IMG/VR virus record: IMGVR_UViG_3300042197_000731
Coordinates: 59,285 to 123,284 of that record
Length of the DNA: 64,000 nucleotides
Direction: 5' to 3' (one strand)
Origin: a virus
This document shows positions 16,311 to 26,423 of this stretch, piece by piece; the stretch's first letter is position 1, and each line of letters begins with the position of its first letter. The notes under the pieces were generated by a model, which made no database searches, had not been told where the DNA came from, and saw only the letters and a list, made by a program, of their open reading frames with translations. The translations under genes were made by a program, and so were the position numbers.

Positions 16311-18761
16311 TTATTTATCTTTCTGCTGTCTATATGTTCCGCCAAACAAGGTGCCAACTTTGGACTTATTCTTTATCTTTGGATTTACAACTCCAGCAAT
16401 ACTACCTGCTGTAGTTTCATCTATTGTGGATTTTTTTGCTACATCTTTTAATTTCAAGATTGTGGCATTATTGCGATCCGCCCAACGATTTGCTTCATCT
16501 TCGCTACGAAAAACTTTTGTTTTTACTATTTTTTGATCACGATTGTTATACACTTGAATCAACGCTTCTACCGAATTATCTGTGCTTTCCGATACGCTTT
16601 CCTTCTTGGTATTTTTCACACAATTAGGGTATTTTTTACCAAACATAGTTTTCATACCCTCTTTACGATAGCCTTTCCAACATGCCTCGCCTACTTTGCT
16701 CTCATTGACGCCAAAATCTTTGTTAGTAACTTGCCACGGCTGTTTTAAAGGAACAGGATCTGGACTTGGCTTAACACCAGCGGTAGTTGAAATATTTTTT
16801 GCTCTAGCAAGATTAGATTTGACCATATTTAACGCATCTGGAGTAATGCTTCCACGAACGCCAGTTTGAGTAGCATCTGGAACGACATCGAAACCCTGAC
16901 GTTTCATGCCACTGCTTTGTAAAACTGTATCAGTTTTTGAAACAATTTGATCTAACTGTTTTTGATCTGTACCTTCCGCCACACCTTGCTTTAGACGCTT
17001 GCCGTTGATTACTTCTACACCGTTGATTTCTAAAGGATACCAATCATTGATTGCCAATCGTTCAAACACTTCATCCAACGAACTGGCTTTTACTTTCAAC
17101 TTTACTTGCTTGGACAATGCGTTGCTCTTGTCAAAGGCTAATACTCGGTAAACTTGATCCGAGCCTTCCGCCACACCTTGCTGTTTCACACCTTGCTGTT
17201 TTTGTTGACGTTTTACTGCTTTCTGTTTAGCAAGTTTAGCAGGGCTTGTTGGTTGTTTTAATCCTTTTTTCCAGTTAGCAGGTGGAGTTTTAATCTCGCC
17301 TCCCCACTGGTCAAATTCGCCTTCCGCCACACCTTGTTCGCTAATATGCTTTAGATGCGTAGTAGTTAATACGAAAGAATCCTTATACTTACCATCTTCG
17401 CCGGCTTTGCTAGGATCGTCTAACTTAACTTTAACTCGCCCATCTACATTGATATTTTTAGATACAGCAACAATCGTACCTGTGCCCAACGGACCATCTA
17501 CACGATCTCCTACATTGTAGGTATTCTTAAAGCCTTCCGCCACACCTTTCGCCTTTAGGTGCATGTCTCTTGTTTTTACATAACGCTTGGTTTCTTTATC
17601 TCCAGATTCAATATCACCTTGATTATAATGCCCTATTGCTCGTCCTGCGTGTTTACTTGCAACCACATCGGGATGTTCTTTGCCTTTGATAGAACGCTTG
17701 ATGCCTTTTACAACATCACTAAAGCCTTTCGCCACACCTTGGCGGCCAAGTTTTTTCTTAATACTAGCGATTTCACGGGCAATAGCATTTTGTTTAGTCC
17801 AGAAACTGTAATCATCACTGTATTGATATTCTGGATCAAATTCGCTTTCTAACTCACGCAATCTTGCTTCTAATTCCTCTCTACTTGGCTCAGGCGCATA
17901 CTTTGCTTGTGATTTAGTTGGACCACCAGTTTTTAATTGACCGCTCTTTTTCATATCATCAATCATCGCAGCAAACTGACTATGAAAATCACTTTCATTA
18001 ACAGTTGATTCAGACGCAGCACGTATTGATTTTAGATCTTTATCTGATGGCGCACCTTTGCTGCCAGGTTTACGCATACGTTCACCACTGCCACCTTTTA
18101 TACGTTCACGTTTTGCTCTGATATTAGCCCATAAGCCCGGTTTTTCACTCTCACTTACTGGCTGTTCAGTTGATGTAGTGTTATCGGCGGGTAAATTTTT
18201 AGTGTAGTAAATTACAGATTTTTTATCTGATGCTTCATCGTATTCACGCTTAATCTTCTGTGCCATTTCTGGATTTTTATCCATCATGGATCTGAAGTAT
18301 GTTTTGGCGCCATTCAACCAATTGAATTTTTTAGGCATGCCATCTACGCTAACAGGATTGCCCTTAACGATAACATACCAAGGACCACGCTCAAAATCTT
18401 GAAATTTTTCTTCTTCGTCTTCCGCTACTGGAGCGGTTGACTCAACTACACTATTTTTTTTTACTGGTTTCAATCCTTCTGCTAGTGGAAGAAAATCATC
18501 TTCACCAGCGTCAACATTCATCATTTGATATTCAAGATGTTCTCTGACCGATTTTAGATAGTCATTTGCTAGTGTTATCTTGGAAGCGACCCAACCTTCT
18601 AAGCCTTGTTCTTCAGAAATATTACGTAATAACTTGTGTAGAACAATAGCATGTTCAGCGGCATAGTAGCAATCTACTCTGGCCATTTGAACTTCGTGAT
18701 CGCTATGGGCTTCATGTGCGTCCTCTAAGAAGCCTTCCTTTAGAAACTGTTTACTATTCAT
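16311..18761 (-). CDS. modular polyprotein with QGVAE-repeat junctions (putative capsid-packaged)
   Basis: Leader MNSKQFLKE; five GVA(E/K)G repeats delimiting 52-71-aa unrelated modules; TAAATA upstream. Confidence 0.8.
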   Translation of the reverse strand: MNSKQFLKEGFLEDAHEAHSDHEVQMARVDCYYAAEHAIVLHKLLRNISEEQGLEGWVASKITLANDYLKSVREHLEYQMMNVDAGEDDFLPLAEGLKPVKKNSVVESTAPVAEDEEEKFQDFERGPWYVIVKGNPVSVDGMPKKFNWLNGAKTYFRSMMDKNPEMAQKIKREYDEASDKKSVIYYTKNLPADNTTSTEQPVSESEKPGLWANIRAKRERIKGGSGERMRKPGSKGAPSDKDLKSIRAASESTVNESDFHSQFAAMIDDMKKSGQLKTGGPTKSQAKYAPEPSREELEARLRELESEFDPEYQYSDDYSFWTKQNAIAREIASIKKKLGRQGVAKGFSDVVKGIKRSIKGKEHPDVVASKHAGRAIGHYNQGDIESGDKETKRYVKTRDMHLKAKGVAEGFKNTYNVGDRVDGPLGTGTIVAVSKNINVDGRVKVKLDDPSKAGEDGKYKDSFVLTTTHLKHISEQGVAEGEFDQWGGEIKTPPANWKKGLKQPTSPAKLAKQKAVKRQQKQQGVKQQGVAEGSDQVYRVLAFDKSNALSKQVKLKVKASSLDEVFERLAINDWYPLEINGVEVINGKRLKQGVAEGTDQKQLDQIVSKTDTVLQSSGMKRQGFDVVPDATQTGVRGSITPDALNMVKSNLARAKNISTTAGVKPSPDPVPLKQPWQVTNKDFGVNESKVGEACWKGYRKEGMKTMFGKKYPNCVKNTKKESVSESTDNSVEALIQVYNNRDQKIVKTKVFRSEDEANRWADRNNATILKLKDVAKKSTIDETTAGSIAGVVNPKIKNKSKVGTLFGGTYRQQKDK
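16973..17741 (-). repeat. array of five 16-bp repeats CAAGGTGTGGCGGAAG
   Basis: Copies at 16973, 17165, 17321 (exact), 17534 and 17726 (1 mismatch each); spacings 192/156/213/192 bp, all in frame. Confidence 0.92.
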
Positions 18762-18788
18762 TTCGGTTAATCCTATGATTTTATATAT

Positions 18789-19892
18789 TTATCTACTATT
18801 TGTAATTGCGTCTGGATGTTTTCGGTTGTAAAGACGCATGATAACGCCTGCTTGGGCATTTGCGCCATTTTCTTCATCACTACCTGTTACGCCGGAGTTG
18901 TGGTCTAATTCATTGTTTAAGTGTTGTTTGTAATGTACTAATTCGTGTGCTAGAGTTCTTAACACATCAACAGGATGTCTGCCATGTACACCTACCAATA
19001 TCATATTCTTTTCAGGCATGAATTGACCAAAACTGCTTTGAATGCCATCGCCGCCTATCGTCATCTTGAATGAAATCTTGGGTAAATTCTTTATCTCCAA
19101 CACCTTCATTGCTATCGGTAAAAATTGTCTAATAGAGCCTTTTAGAGCATCTATAGTTGATATGTCTTCATTGATTTTACCACTTATTGGACTTGCTGTA
19201 TCCGTGCTCACGCCTACTATATCTTCGGTTGTTGCTGATTGAATCTTATCAAAAATTGTGCCCAGTTCTTGACGTGGATATTTGTACATCTTGGTCAAGA
19301 ATTCTGTTCTCTCTTCTGGATTGTTACGAATTTTGTTCCATAAATTTCTAGCATCAGTGCCGTGACTTACGTCATATGTTTCGTTGCCGATGGTAATTTT
19401 TTTCTGTAGTTCCGGAATCACTACGACATATCCATGTTTATCGGCAGTGACTGGTTGCTCACCATCTCGCAGTGTTTTGTAGTAACTAGGGCTACCTGCT
19501 GGTTTGGTAATATTTCCGTCTTTGTCTTTTTGATCTCTTTTGGTATATGTATCTGGGTTCAATCGATCAGCATCTGGGCCACCTACCACTGTTATGAATA
19601 CAGTGTTTGCTGGGTCAAATTTTTGTGGTAGTACATACATCTTGTTGGTTTCAATAATTCTGTCACCAGGAACACCAGCAGCGGTCATTAGTTGATATTT
19701 GTCGTTGAAGTTGAATGGGCTTTTAGGACCACTGGTATCATTGCTAGTGAGAATGTACACATTTTCACTGCCAAATCTACGTTGTAGTATTTCAAATACG
19801 CCAGCATGGCCTTGATGAAATGGCTGAAATCTTCCAGGGTAAGTAACAATTACATCTGGCTTTTGTTGTTCGTAAAGTTCGTATGCGTACAT
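18789..19892 (-). CDS. HxGH cytidylyltransferase-like nucleotidyltransferase fused to a HEXXH zinc metallopeptidase
   Basis: YPGRFQPFHQGH; TLAHELVHYKQ...EENGAN; leader MYAYELYE. Confidence 0.75.
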   Translation of the reverse strand: MYAYELYEQQKPDVIVTYPGRFQPFHQGHAGVFEILQRRFGSENVYILTSNDTSGPKSPFNFNDKYQLMTAAGVPGDRIIETNKMYVLPQKFDPANTVFITVVGGPDADRLNPDTYTKRDQKDKDGNITKPAGSPSYYKTLRDGEQPVTADKHGYVVVIPELQKKITIGNETYDVSHGTDARNLWNKIRNNPEERTEFLTKMYKYPRQELGTIFDKIQSATTEDIVGVSTDTASPISGKINEDISTIDALKGSIRQFLPIAMKVLEIKNLPKISFKMTIGGDGIQSSFGQFMPEKNMILVGVHGRHPVDVLRTLAHELVHYKQHLNNELDHNSGVTGSDEENGANAQAGVIMRLYNRKHPDAITNSR

Positions 19893-19930
19893 AGTAATTA
19901 TATGTTAATACTATATTTATTACAGAAATA

Positions 19931-19955
19931 GAAAACGGGACACTGTGGTCCCGTT
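19931..19955 (-). terminator. rho-independent terminator
   Basis: AACGGGAC-cacagt-GTCCCGTT followed by TTC on the minus strand. Confidence 0.6.
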
Positions 19956-19978
19956 ACGATGTTTTACGTGTTTAAGTA

Positions 19979-20923
19979 TCAACTAGCAGGTTCAACAACT
20001 GTTGATTTTTCAGCCAGTGCTGCCTCTGCTGCTTTCTTTTGTGCTTCTAGTGCTGCTTTACCTTCTGGGCTATTAGCATCAACACGCTTTAGACCACGAC
20101 GTTCTAGCGCAGATAGATCGCCCTTGAACTCATAATGTCCAATGTGATTTAGTAGCACTCTGCTATCTGCCCAGATATCACCACCTAGTGCCTGCCAACG
20201 ACGACAGAATGTCCAGTCTTCACTTAGATAGTGTCCCTTAGCATCAATCACAGTATCGAAAATACTATACATGAATGGTTCGTATTGCTTACCTAGGCCG
20301 ATATCGTCAACATATTTACATTCTGGATGTGCGACAGTAAGTTGTTCATAAACATGCTTCTTGAATAGTAGGAAACCTGTTCCTTGTGTATCTACTTGGA
20401 AGATAGGCCCTTCAATTCTGCCACCATTCTTTAGATTGATAACATAGTCAATAGGCAAACTCTTCTTAGGATACAGACCACCGATAACGTCCTTATCTGC
20501 GGCAATCATGCCAAAAATTGCTTCTGGTTCAAACCGAATATCAGCATCAATAAACATGAAGTGTGTTGCTGCTGCGTTGGTCATCATCTTGGCACATAGA
20601 TTATTTCTAGCGCGAGTGACCAGACTCTCATTGACCATAGTATCTAGACTCCAGTTTAGACCTACTTTGCTCGCTAGCAAGGTAAATCGTAGAAAACTGG
20701 TCATAGTTGGCTCACTGACCATACCGCCATAACATGGAACAGCAAAGTGTACATGAACTTTCTTATAATCAAACGTGGGTTGTTGTGTGCCTGGTGTGGT
20801 TTTTGGTAGATTAGGCACGGGCATAATAGGCTTAGTTAACTTAGGTACTGGTGTTCCAGAACTTTGTGGTGTAATAAGTTTTGCGTCTACAGTTTCTTTT
20901 TCGCTCATTGATTTTTCTTTCAT
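19979..20923 (-). CDS. GT-A fold glycosyltransferase
   Basis: VPCYGG, ESLVTRARN, FMFIDADI (DxD), GTGFLL, LSEDWTFC, HIG. Confidence 0.8.
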   Translation of the reverse strand: MKEKSMSEKETVDAKLITPQSSGTPVPKLTKPIMPVPNLPKTTPGTQQPTFDYKKVHVHFAVPCYGGMVSEPTMTSFLRFTLLASKVGLNWSLDTMVNESLVTRARNNLCAKMMTNAAATHFMFIDADIRFEPEAIFGMIAADKDVIGGLYPKKSLPIDYVINLKNGGRIEGPIFQVDTQGTGFLLFKKHVYEQLTVAHPECKYVDDIGLGKQYEPFMYSIFDTVIDAKGHYLSEDWTFCRRWQALGGDIWADSRVLLNHIGHYEFKGDLSALERRGLKRVDANSPEGKAALEAQKKAAEAALAEKSTVVEPAS

Positions 20924-21087
20924 TCAGTTTCTATTTCTACAATGATATCATTGCCGACTAATTCTTGAACAATTTGTTCAAGTGATGCTAAAACTTCAGT
21001 ACTAGCAAGTGATGTTTCTAGTGTATCTGAATTTTTAACTAGTTTATTAAGTTTTATAGTTATGATTTCTTCATGGATTTTTGCCAT
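20920..21087 (-). CDS. hypothetical protein (55 aa, not in ORF track)
   Basis: Manual translation MAKIHEEIITIKLNKLVK...VQELVGNDIIVEIETE; TAAATA upstream; ATGA overlap with the next gene. Confidence 0.6.
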   Translation of the reverse strand: MAKIHEEIITIKLNKLVKNSDTLETSLASTEVLASLEQIVQELVGNDIIVEIETE

Positions 21088-21120
21088 TTGTTGTTGATCC
21101 TAGTTGAATATGGATATTTA

Positions 21121-21843
21121 TTATTCAGGATCAACCAGATTATAAATTTTATTAACGATTCCTGGATGAACAATATTCAGCAACATTACGATTTTTTCAT
21201 CGTTAGTATAAAAATACCCACCACCAAAATATCCTTTTCCACGTCTTAATTGACGAACAAGATATTCGCTTGCGCTGTTTTCTATTTCTGACTTTGATAT
21301 AACATCAGCAAGAGCATTGGCATTTTCAATATTAAACGCACGATTTAATGTTATTTTATATTTGAAAGAATTATGTTGACTGCGTATGATATTGCCATCT
21401 GTAATTAATTTATGTTGAGCATCTGAGCCTGGAATAGATACTTCTATCACTCTTTCGCCATATAAATTTGCTACCGTCTTTAGTAATTCAATATCATTAC
21501 TGTAGAATATAGCATGTGGTTCTTCAACACGAAATCTTAGATCAGTGCTTTTGTCATGATTTTCAATAAAATTTGATAAATCATGTAGTTGAGTATCATC
21601 GGCATTTTCGAAATTACTACGTTGTCTATTGTAGAAGTAACTACTACCATAAAACTTATTTGCTCTCTCAATCATTTCAATGATACGATCAGAAAAACTA
21701 GTTATATTTTTACTTCGCAGTAATTTACAACCAGGAGCATAAATTTTTACACTGTTAGCATATATTCCATAAAATGCTTTTTTTGTATTTTGAATATTAA
21801 CAGTTGGATTTAATTGAGTCCAGAATGATGTATCCATTTTCAT
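21121..21843 (-). CDS. hypothetical protein
   Basis: 240-aa ORF. Confidence 0.7.
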   Translation of the reverse strand: MKMDTSFWTQLNPTVNIQNTKKAFYGIYANSVKIYAPGCKLLRSKNITSFSDRIIEMIERANKFYGSSYFYNRQRSNFENADDTQLHDLSNFIENHDKSTDLRFRVEEPHAIFYSNDIELLKTVANLYGERVIEVSIPGSDAQHKLITDGNIIRSQHNSFKYKITLNRAFNIENANALADVISKSEIENSASEYLVRQLRRGKGYFGGGYFYTNDEKIVMLLNIVHPGIVNKIYNLVDPE

Positions 21844-24091
21844 CTATTAGAGTGTTAGTGTTGTATATTGTATATGCTTTTTGCTGAAAGTCAAACTCAA
21901 TTTTACCATTATAAGTAACATTGACGTTACACTTAGATAACTTTTCAAATAATATCTTTTTGCTCAGTGGCACTTTGATCAATTCAGAAATAGTTCGGGC
22001 CAATGGCCTTGCGCCCAGTTTGCTATCATAGCCAACTTCAATGATACGATCCATAGCAGTGGTATCAAGATTAACGGTAATACCTTTATCTAGCAGCAGA
22101 TCATTTAATTCCTTGACGAACTTGCCAATAATTAACTTGATATGATCCTTGGATAACTTCTTGAACTTAACGATGCTATCAAGACGATTTCTGAACTCTG
22201 GCTTGAAGAAGTCTTTAACTGCCTTATCGTCTTCGTTTGATTTCTCTAATTTAGGAACAAATCCCATGGTGTTAGTTTCATTCTCTGCTGCGCCAAGATT
22301 GCTAGTTAGCATCAATACACATTGACGACAATTTGCCTTCTTGCCATTGCTGCTGGTAACTATACCTTCGTCCATCATGGTTAGTAGAATGTGAGCAACA
22401 TCTGGATGTGCTTTTTCAATCTCGTCAAACAGAATTACTGAATTAGGATTCTTTTCAATATCACTGATCAACAGACCGCCACCCAAATTGCCGTCATCAT
22501 AGCCAACATATCCCGGTGGCGCACCAATCAACTTTGCGATAGCATGTTTTTCTTGATACTCGCTCATGTCGTACCGTATCAACTTCATGCCTAGATTTTC
22601 TGCTAGTAATTTAGCCAATTCTGTTTTGCCTGTACCGGTTGGACCAGTTAATAGAAAACTGCCAACAGGTTTATTCAGTGCTTTCAGTCCAGCCTTGCTA
22701 ACATATATTTTTTCTAAGATAGTATCTACTGCTCCATCTTGGCCAAATAGTTTAGACTTGATATTGCCCTCAATATTCTCTACTAGTGATACGTTCTGAG
22801 CATCCAATTGTTCTATTGGAACTTTGATATATTGACTGAGAACACTGATAATATCGCTTTTCTTGATAGTTAAATTCTGACCTAGAACTTTTGCCTTAGC
22901 ACAGGCAGTATCAAGTAGATCAATGGCTTTGTCTGGCAGTTTTTTATCTGTTTGATACTTGGCACTTAATTCAACGGCAGCAATTACTGCCTCATCAGTT
23001 ATTTCTACGCCATGAAAATCTTCAAAAACATCAGTTAACTCGGTGATAATTTTCTTTGCTATATCAATGCTTGGTTCATCAACGGTCAATCTGTAAAAAC
23101 GGCGCATCAATGCCCGATCTTTTTCAAAACTCTGATTGTATTCTTCCCATGTTGTACTGGCGATTACTTTGATATTGCCCTTGGTTAGTGCTGGCTTGAT
23201 CATGTTTGAAAAGTCTACACTACTATTTGAACCACTGCCGGCACCACGCATCTGATGTGCTTCGTCAATGAAAAGAATAGTATCACCCTTAAGTTCAAGT
23301 GCCTTTAATACATGTTTCAATTTTTCTTCAAACTCGCCACGATACTTACTGCCTGCCAGTAGCGATGGAATATCAAGACTATATACAGTGTAATTCTTTA
23401 GATAGTCTGGAACTTCGCCTTCAACAATTTTTACTGCCAATCCCTCGGCAATAGCAGTTTTGCCAACGCCAGGATCGCCTACCATAAGCACATTACACTT
23501 GTTTCTCTTTGCTAGAACATTGATCATTTCCTCTAGTTCTACTTCTCTGCCAATTACGGGATCCAATTTTTCTGATTTTGCCATTTCAGACAAGTTATCA
23601 CAATAGTTTTCTAGCAGGGTATCCAACTGAGACTTGCCCTTTTTCTTTGGCTTTTGTTCAGCGAAAGTATTATTCCAGTAATTGATTACTTTATCTTTCT
23701 CGATGCCATACTTCATTAAGAAGTACCGCGCATGACTTTTATCTTCAGCACATATACTCAGATAGATATCTACAATTTGTAAATTTGATCGTCCACTAAA
23801 CAGTACTTGAGTAAACGCACGATTAAATACTCGTTCTAGAGTGTGAGTCTTTTTTGGAACAATATCGTAACCGTTGCTGATTAAATAAGTTTGACTATCA
23901 ATGTAATCTTCTAACTCAATCAGTAGATCATCAATTTTTACTTCTAATTTGGTAGTCAACTCACGAAATATATCGTGTGTGAGTAAGCCGTAAAGCAGAT
24001 GCTCTAGCGTTACATATTCGTGATTTTTCTTGATGGCTAGTTTAGTAGCCTCTTCAATAATCTTATCAATTTCTGGTTGTGTTTGTAGCAT
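21797..24091 (-). CDS. clpA: ATP-dependent Clp protease ATP-binding subunit ClpA-like
   Basis: Clp-N HEYVTLEHLL; two AAA+ modules (GDPGVGKT/FIDEAH and GPTGTGKT/FDEIEKAH); GARPL. Confidence 0.92.
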   Translation of the reverse strand: MLQTQPEIDKIIEEATKLAIKKNHEYVTLEHLLYGLLTHDIFRELTTKLEVKIDDLLIELEDYIDSQTYLISNGYDIVPKKTHTLERVFNRAFTQVLFSGRSNLQIVDIYLSICAEDKSHARYFLMKYGIEKDKVINYWNNTFAEQKPKKKGKSQLDTLLENYCDNLSEMAKSEKLDPVIGREVELEEMINVLAKRNKCNVLMVGDPGVGKTAIAEGLAVKIVEGEVPDYLKNYTVYSLDIPSLLAGSKYRGEFEEKLKHVLKALELKGDTILFIDEAHQMRGAGSGSNSSVDFSNMIKPALTKGNIKVIASTTWEEYNQSFEKDRALMRRFYRLTVDEPSIDIAKKIITELTDVFEDFHGVEITDEAVIAAVELSAKYQTDKKLPDKAIDLLDTACAKAKVLGQNLTIKKSDIISVLSQYIKVPIEQLDAQNVSLVENIEGNIKSKLFGQDGAVDTILEKIYVSKAGLKALNKPVGSFLLTGPTGTGKTELAKLLAENLGMKLIRYDMSEYQEKHAIAKLIGAPPGYVGYDDGNLGGGLLISDIEKNPNSVILFDEIEKAHPDVAHILLTMMDEGIVTSSNGKKANCRQCVLMLTSNLGAAENETNTMGFVPKLEKSNEDDKAVKDFFKPEFRNRLDSIVKFKKLSKDHIKLIIGKFVKELNDLLLDKGITVNLDTTAMDRIIEVGYDSKLGARPLARTISELIKVPLSKKILFEKLSKCNVNVTYNGKIEFDFQQKAYTIYNTNTLIDENGYIILDSIKSNC

Positions 24092-24099
24092 GTAGATAT

Positions 24100-24915
24100 T
24101 TAGGTAGATGTTTTGATTTGTCGCACTAAATCTAGTTGTGAGACAGATAAGGTAGTTGGTATTATAATGTTAACTTTCACATAAAAATTTCCTCTGATAT
24201 CCTTTTGAAATTCATATAAACCCTCGCCTGGTATTTTAAATTTTGTACCTTGTTGAGTGTTTGGTGGTATTTTTATGATGAAAGTTTTTTCGGATAGTGT
24301 TTGTACTTCTAGTTCACAGCCTAGTATAGCATCAAAGCAGTTCAGCGAAATTTCCGTTTCTAGATCCAAGCCTTTTTGTATAAATTTGTTAGACTCGTGA
24401 ACGATGATGCTGATGTACAAGTCGCCTGGGTGAGCGTTTGGGAAAATTCTCTCACCTCCACCACCAAACTTCATTACAGTGCCAGATTTTATACCTCTGG
24501 GTATCTTTATCTCTAGCGTTTTGCTATCGTTGTTCTTAGTGCGTATCGTTACAAATTTTGTAGTTTCGGACAACGTATCTGCTAGATTAATTTCTATTGA
24601 AGTTTTTATGTCTGGATTTCTACGTTGTCCCCTCATAAAATGCGAAAATATATCACCGTCACCAAATGAAAATCCAAATGAGTTGAATACATCATCAATG
24701 TTTGGATTACCGCCAAAATTACCACTTCTCATGGCGTCGTATTCTGCTCGCTTACGATCATCCATGAGTGTATCATATGCTTGCTGTATTTCTTGAAACT
24801 TAGCAGTATCACCACCACGATCTGGGTGATGTTTGCCCGCTAACTTTCTATACGAACTTTTGATTTCGTCCTTGGAAGCACCAGGAGATACATTTAAAAT
24901 TTTATAATAATCCAT
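24100..24915 (-). CDS. DnaJ-class chaperone (J domain plus C-terminal domain, no zinc finger)
   Basis: DYYKIL..IKSSYRKLAGKHHPDRGG; GDLYI; G/F-rich linker. Confidence 0.9.
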   Translation of the reverse strand: MDYYKILNVSPGASKDEIKSSYRKLAGKHHPDRGGDTAKFQEIQQAYDTLMDDRKRAEYDAMRSGNFGGNPNIDDVFNSFGFSFGDGDIFSHFMRGQRRNPDIKTSIEINLADTLSETTKFVTIRTKNNDSKTLEIKIPRGIKSGTVMKFGGGGERIFPNAHPGDLYISIIVHESNKFIQKGLDLETEISLNCFDAILGCELEVQTLSEKTFIIKIPPNTQQGTKFKIPGEGLYEFQKDIRGNFYVKVNIIIPTTLSVSQLDLVRQIKTST

Positions 24916-24931
24916 ACTCACTATTCTACAA

Positions 24932-24959
24932 CAAAAATGGGCAGAAATCAACTGCCCAT
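24932..24959 (-). terminator. rho-independent terminator
   Basis: ATGGGCAG/CTGCCCAT stem followed by a T run on the minus strand. Confidence 0.65.
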
Positions 24960-24982
24960 CTTGTGTTTTGATAATTTATATT

Positions 24983-25195
24983 TTACTTTTTGGTTCCGTC
25001 AGGTACTTCTTTACCCTCTACCTTTTTGCGAACCTTGATTTCCTTACATGTTTGTTTAACTGTGCCGTCCTTGTTCTTTACAACTTGGCCGTTTTTGTCT
25101 TTAACATCAGTACAAACTTTTTTGATTTCTGGAGCAGCATTTAGGGATAGTGATGCTGCCATTAATGCTATAAATAAGAAATTTTGTATCTTCAT
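24983..25195 (-). CDS. small secreted protein
   Basis: Signal peptide, two Cys, Lys-rich. Confidence 0.6.
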   Translation of the reverse strand: MKIQNFLFIALMAASLSLNAAPEIKKVCTDVKDKNGQVVKNKDGTVKQTCKEIKVRKKVEGKEVPDGTKK

Positions 25196-25201
25196 ATCAA
25201 C

Positions 25202-25657
25202 TTACCTTTCTGGAAATTCTGCGTCTGGAACTAACTTTCTGCCCTTATAATCAGATTGTGGCGCGACGTATGGTGCAGGCGCACTGGAAGGCATCATTGA
25301 TGGTGTATAAGATTGTGGTGCTGGGCTCATAGACATACTAGGAGCAGGCAGTGCGGCTGGTGCTGCCGGTGCCGATTGGGTAGCGGCAACGCCTGCTATC
25401 TTTTCTTGGCCTCTACTCCATGCGGTAATACCCAATATTGCGCCCATTGCCATGTGAAATAGACCTGCCCCAATTAGCGTAAGTGGTTGCCATTGACGGA
25501 AAGCGTCATTTGCTGCCTCAACTTCCCAAAATTGTACTATGGTAAACATTATTGGAAATAGAATGAAGTCAAATACACAAACGACCATATACATCATGGC
25601 CATCATAGGTCTCCATTTTTTCTGCATCCAATCTTCTTTTTCTTTTGCTTTGCTCAT
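25202..25657 (-). CDS. holin (3TM/GTA-holin-like)
   Basis: KWRPMMAMMYMVVCVFDFILFP..FHMAMGAILGITAWSRGQEK; located in the lysis cassette. Confidence 0.65.
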   Translation of the reverse strand: MSKAKEKEDWMQKKWRPMMAMMYMVVCVFDFILFPIMFTIVQFWEVEAANDAFRQWQPLTLIGAGLFHMAMGAILGITAWSRGQEKIAGVAATQSAPAAPAALPAPSMSMSPAPQSYTPSMMPSSAPAPYVAPQSDYKGRKLVPDAEFPER

Positions 25658-25923
25658 TTTTTCTTCCCATTCATAATCTTTTGTGTTTCTTTGTACCACT
25701 CTTGCCAGCCATTAACACTTTCAGAACATTGATAGTAGGTGCCATAATTTTGTATAACAACTGCCATCAGATCCTTAATACTATTTTGGTCTTCTGGTAC
25801 TTCTATTAACTGAGAGCACTTTTCTAATAATATTTCTGGCGCCTCAGGAAATTTTTGAGTGACAGGCACTGTAGTAAAACAGCCAGTCAAAAATAGAGGT
25901 AGAATTAGTAATGCTAGTTTCAT
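25654..25923 (-). CDS. o-spanin (Rz1-like lipoprotein)
   Basis: Lipobox FLTGC, Pro-rich, follows an Rz-like gene. Confidence 0.7.
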   Translation of the reverse strand: MKLALLILPLFLTGCFTTVPVTQKFPEAPEILLEKCSQLIEVPEDQNSIKDLMAVVIQNYGTYYQCSESVNGWQEWYKETQKIMNGKKK

Positions 25924-26423
25924 TTTTTACCTCTGGTCAATTCGTTTATAGTTAAGTTTATTCTGGCCGCTTCATTGTGTAGTTTGATGATATCAACTGG
26001 TATAGGACATACTTCCATAAACTTAACTACTTCTTCTTTTTTGACTACTTCACGATCTACATAACGTATAATTTCATCAGCCTTTTCTCGTACAATCTTA
26101 TTCTTGTATACGACTTTTTCTTGAATTACAACCTTAACTTCTTCCGCCTTTGCTTCGGCTATCTTTAGTTTTTTTTCTACTTCTTCAACTTTATCGCGCC
26201 ATATTTTTTCTGTGCTATAACCACCTTTTACATAGATACCAGCACAAAGAATAATAATACTGACGATTTGAATTATCTTGTAGTATCCAGCAATCGCAGG
26301 AATCAATCTGACCATAGGCGATATGAATACAAAACTCAACACCGTTAAGGTAATACCAATGAACAGTATTGAGTTTACAATGTATTCAAGCATCGTTGTA
26401 GGTAACAGATGTAACAACCACAT
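25920..26423 (-). CDS. i-spanin (Rz-like)
   Basis: N-terminal transmembrane helices plus coiled coil, downstream of the endolysin. Confidence 0.65.
   Translation of the reverse strand: MWLLHLLPTTMLEYIVNSILFIGITLTVLSFVFISPMVRLIPAIAGYYKIIQIVSIIILCAGIYVKGGYSTEKIWRDKVEEVEKKLKIAEAKAEEVKVVIQEKVVYKNKIVREKADEIIRYVDREVVKKEEVVKFMEVCPIPVDIIKLHNEAARINLTINELTRGKK

Noticed and set aside
16973-17741. GVAE repeat array as a CRISPR array
   Set aside because: Repeat is only 16 bp, spacers are 140-200 bp and in-frame coding, and no cas genes are present
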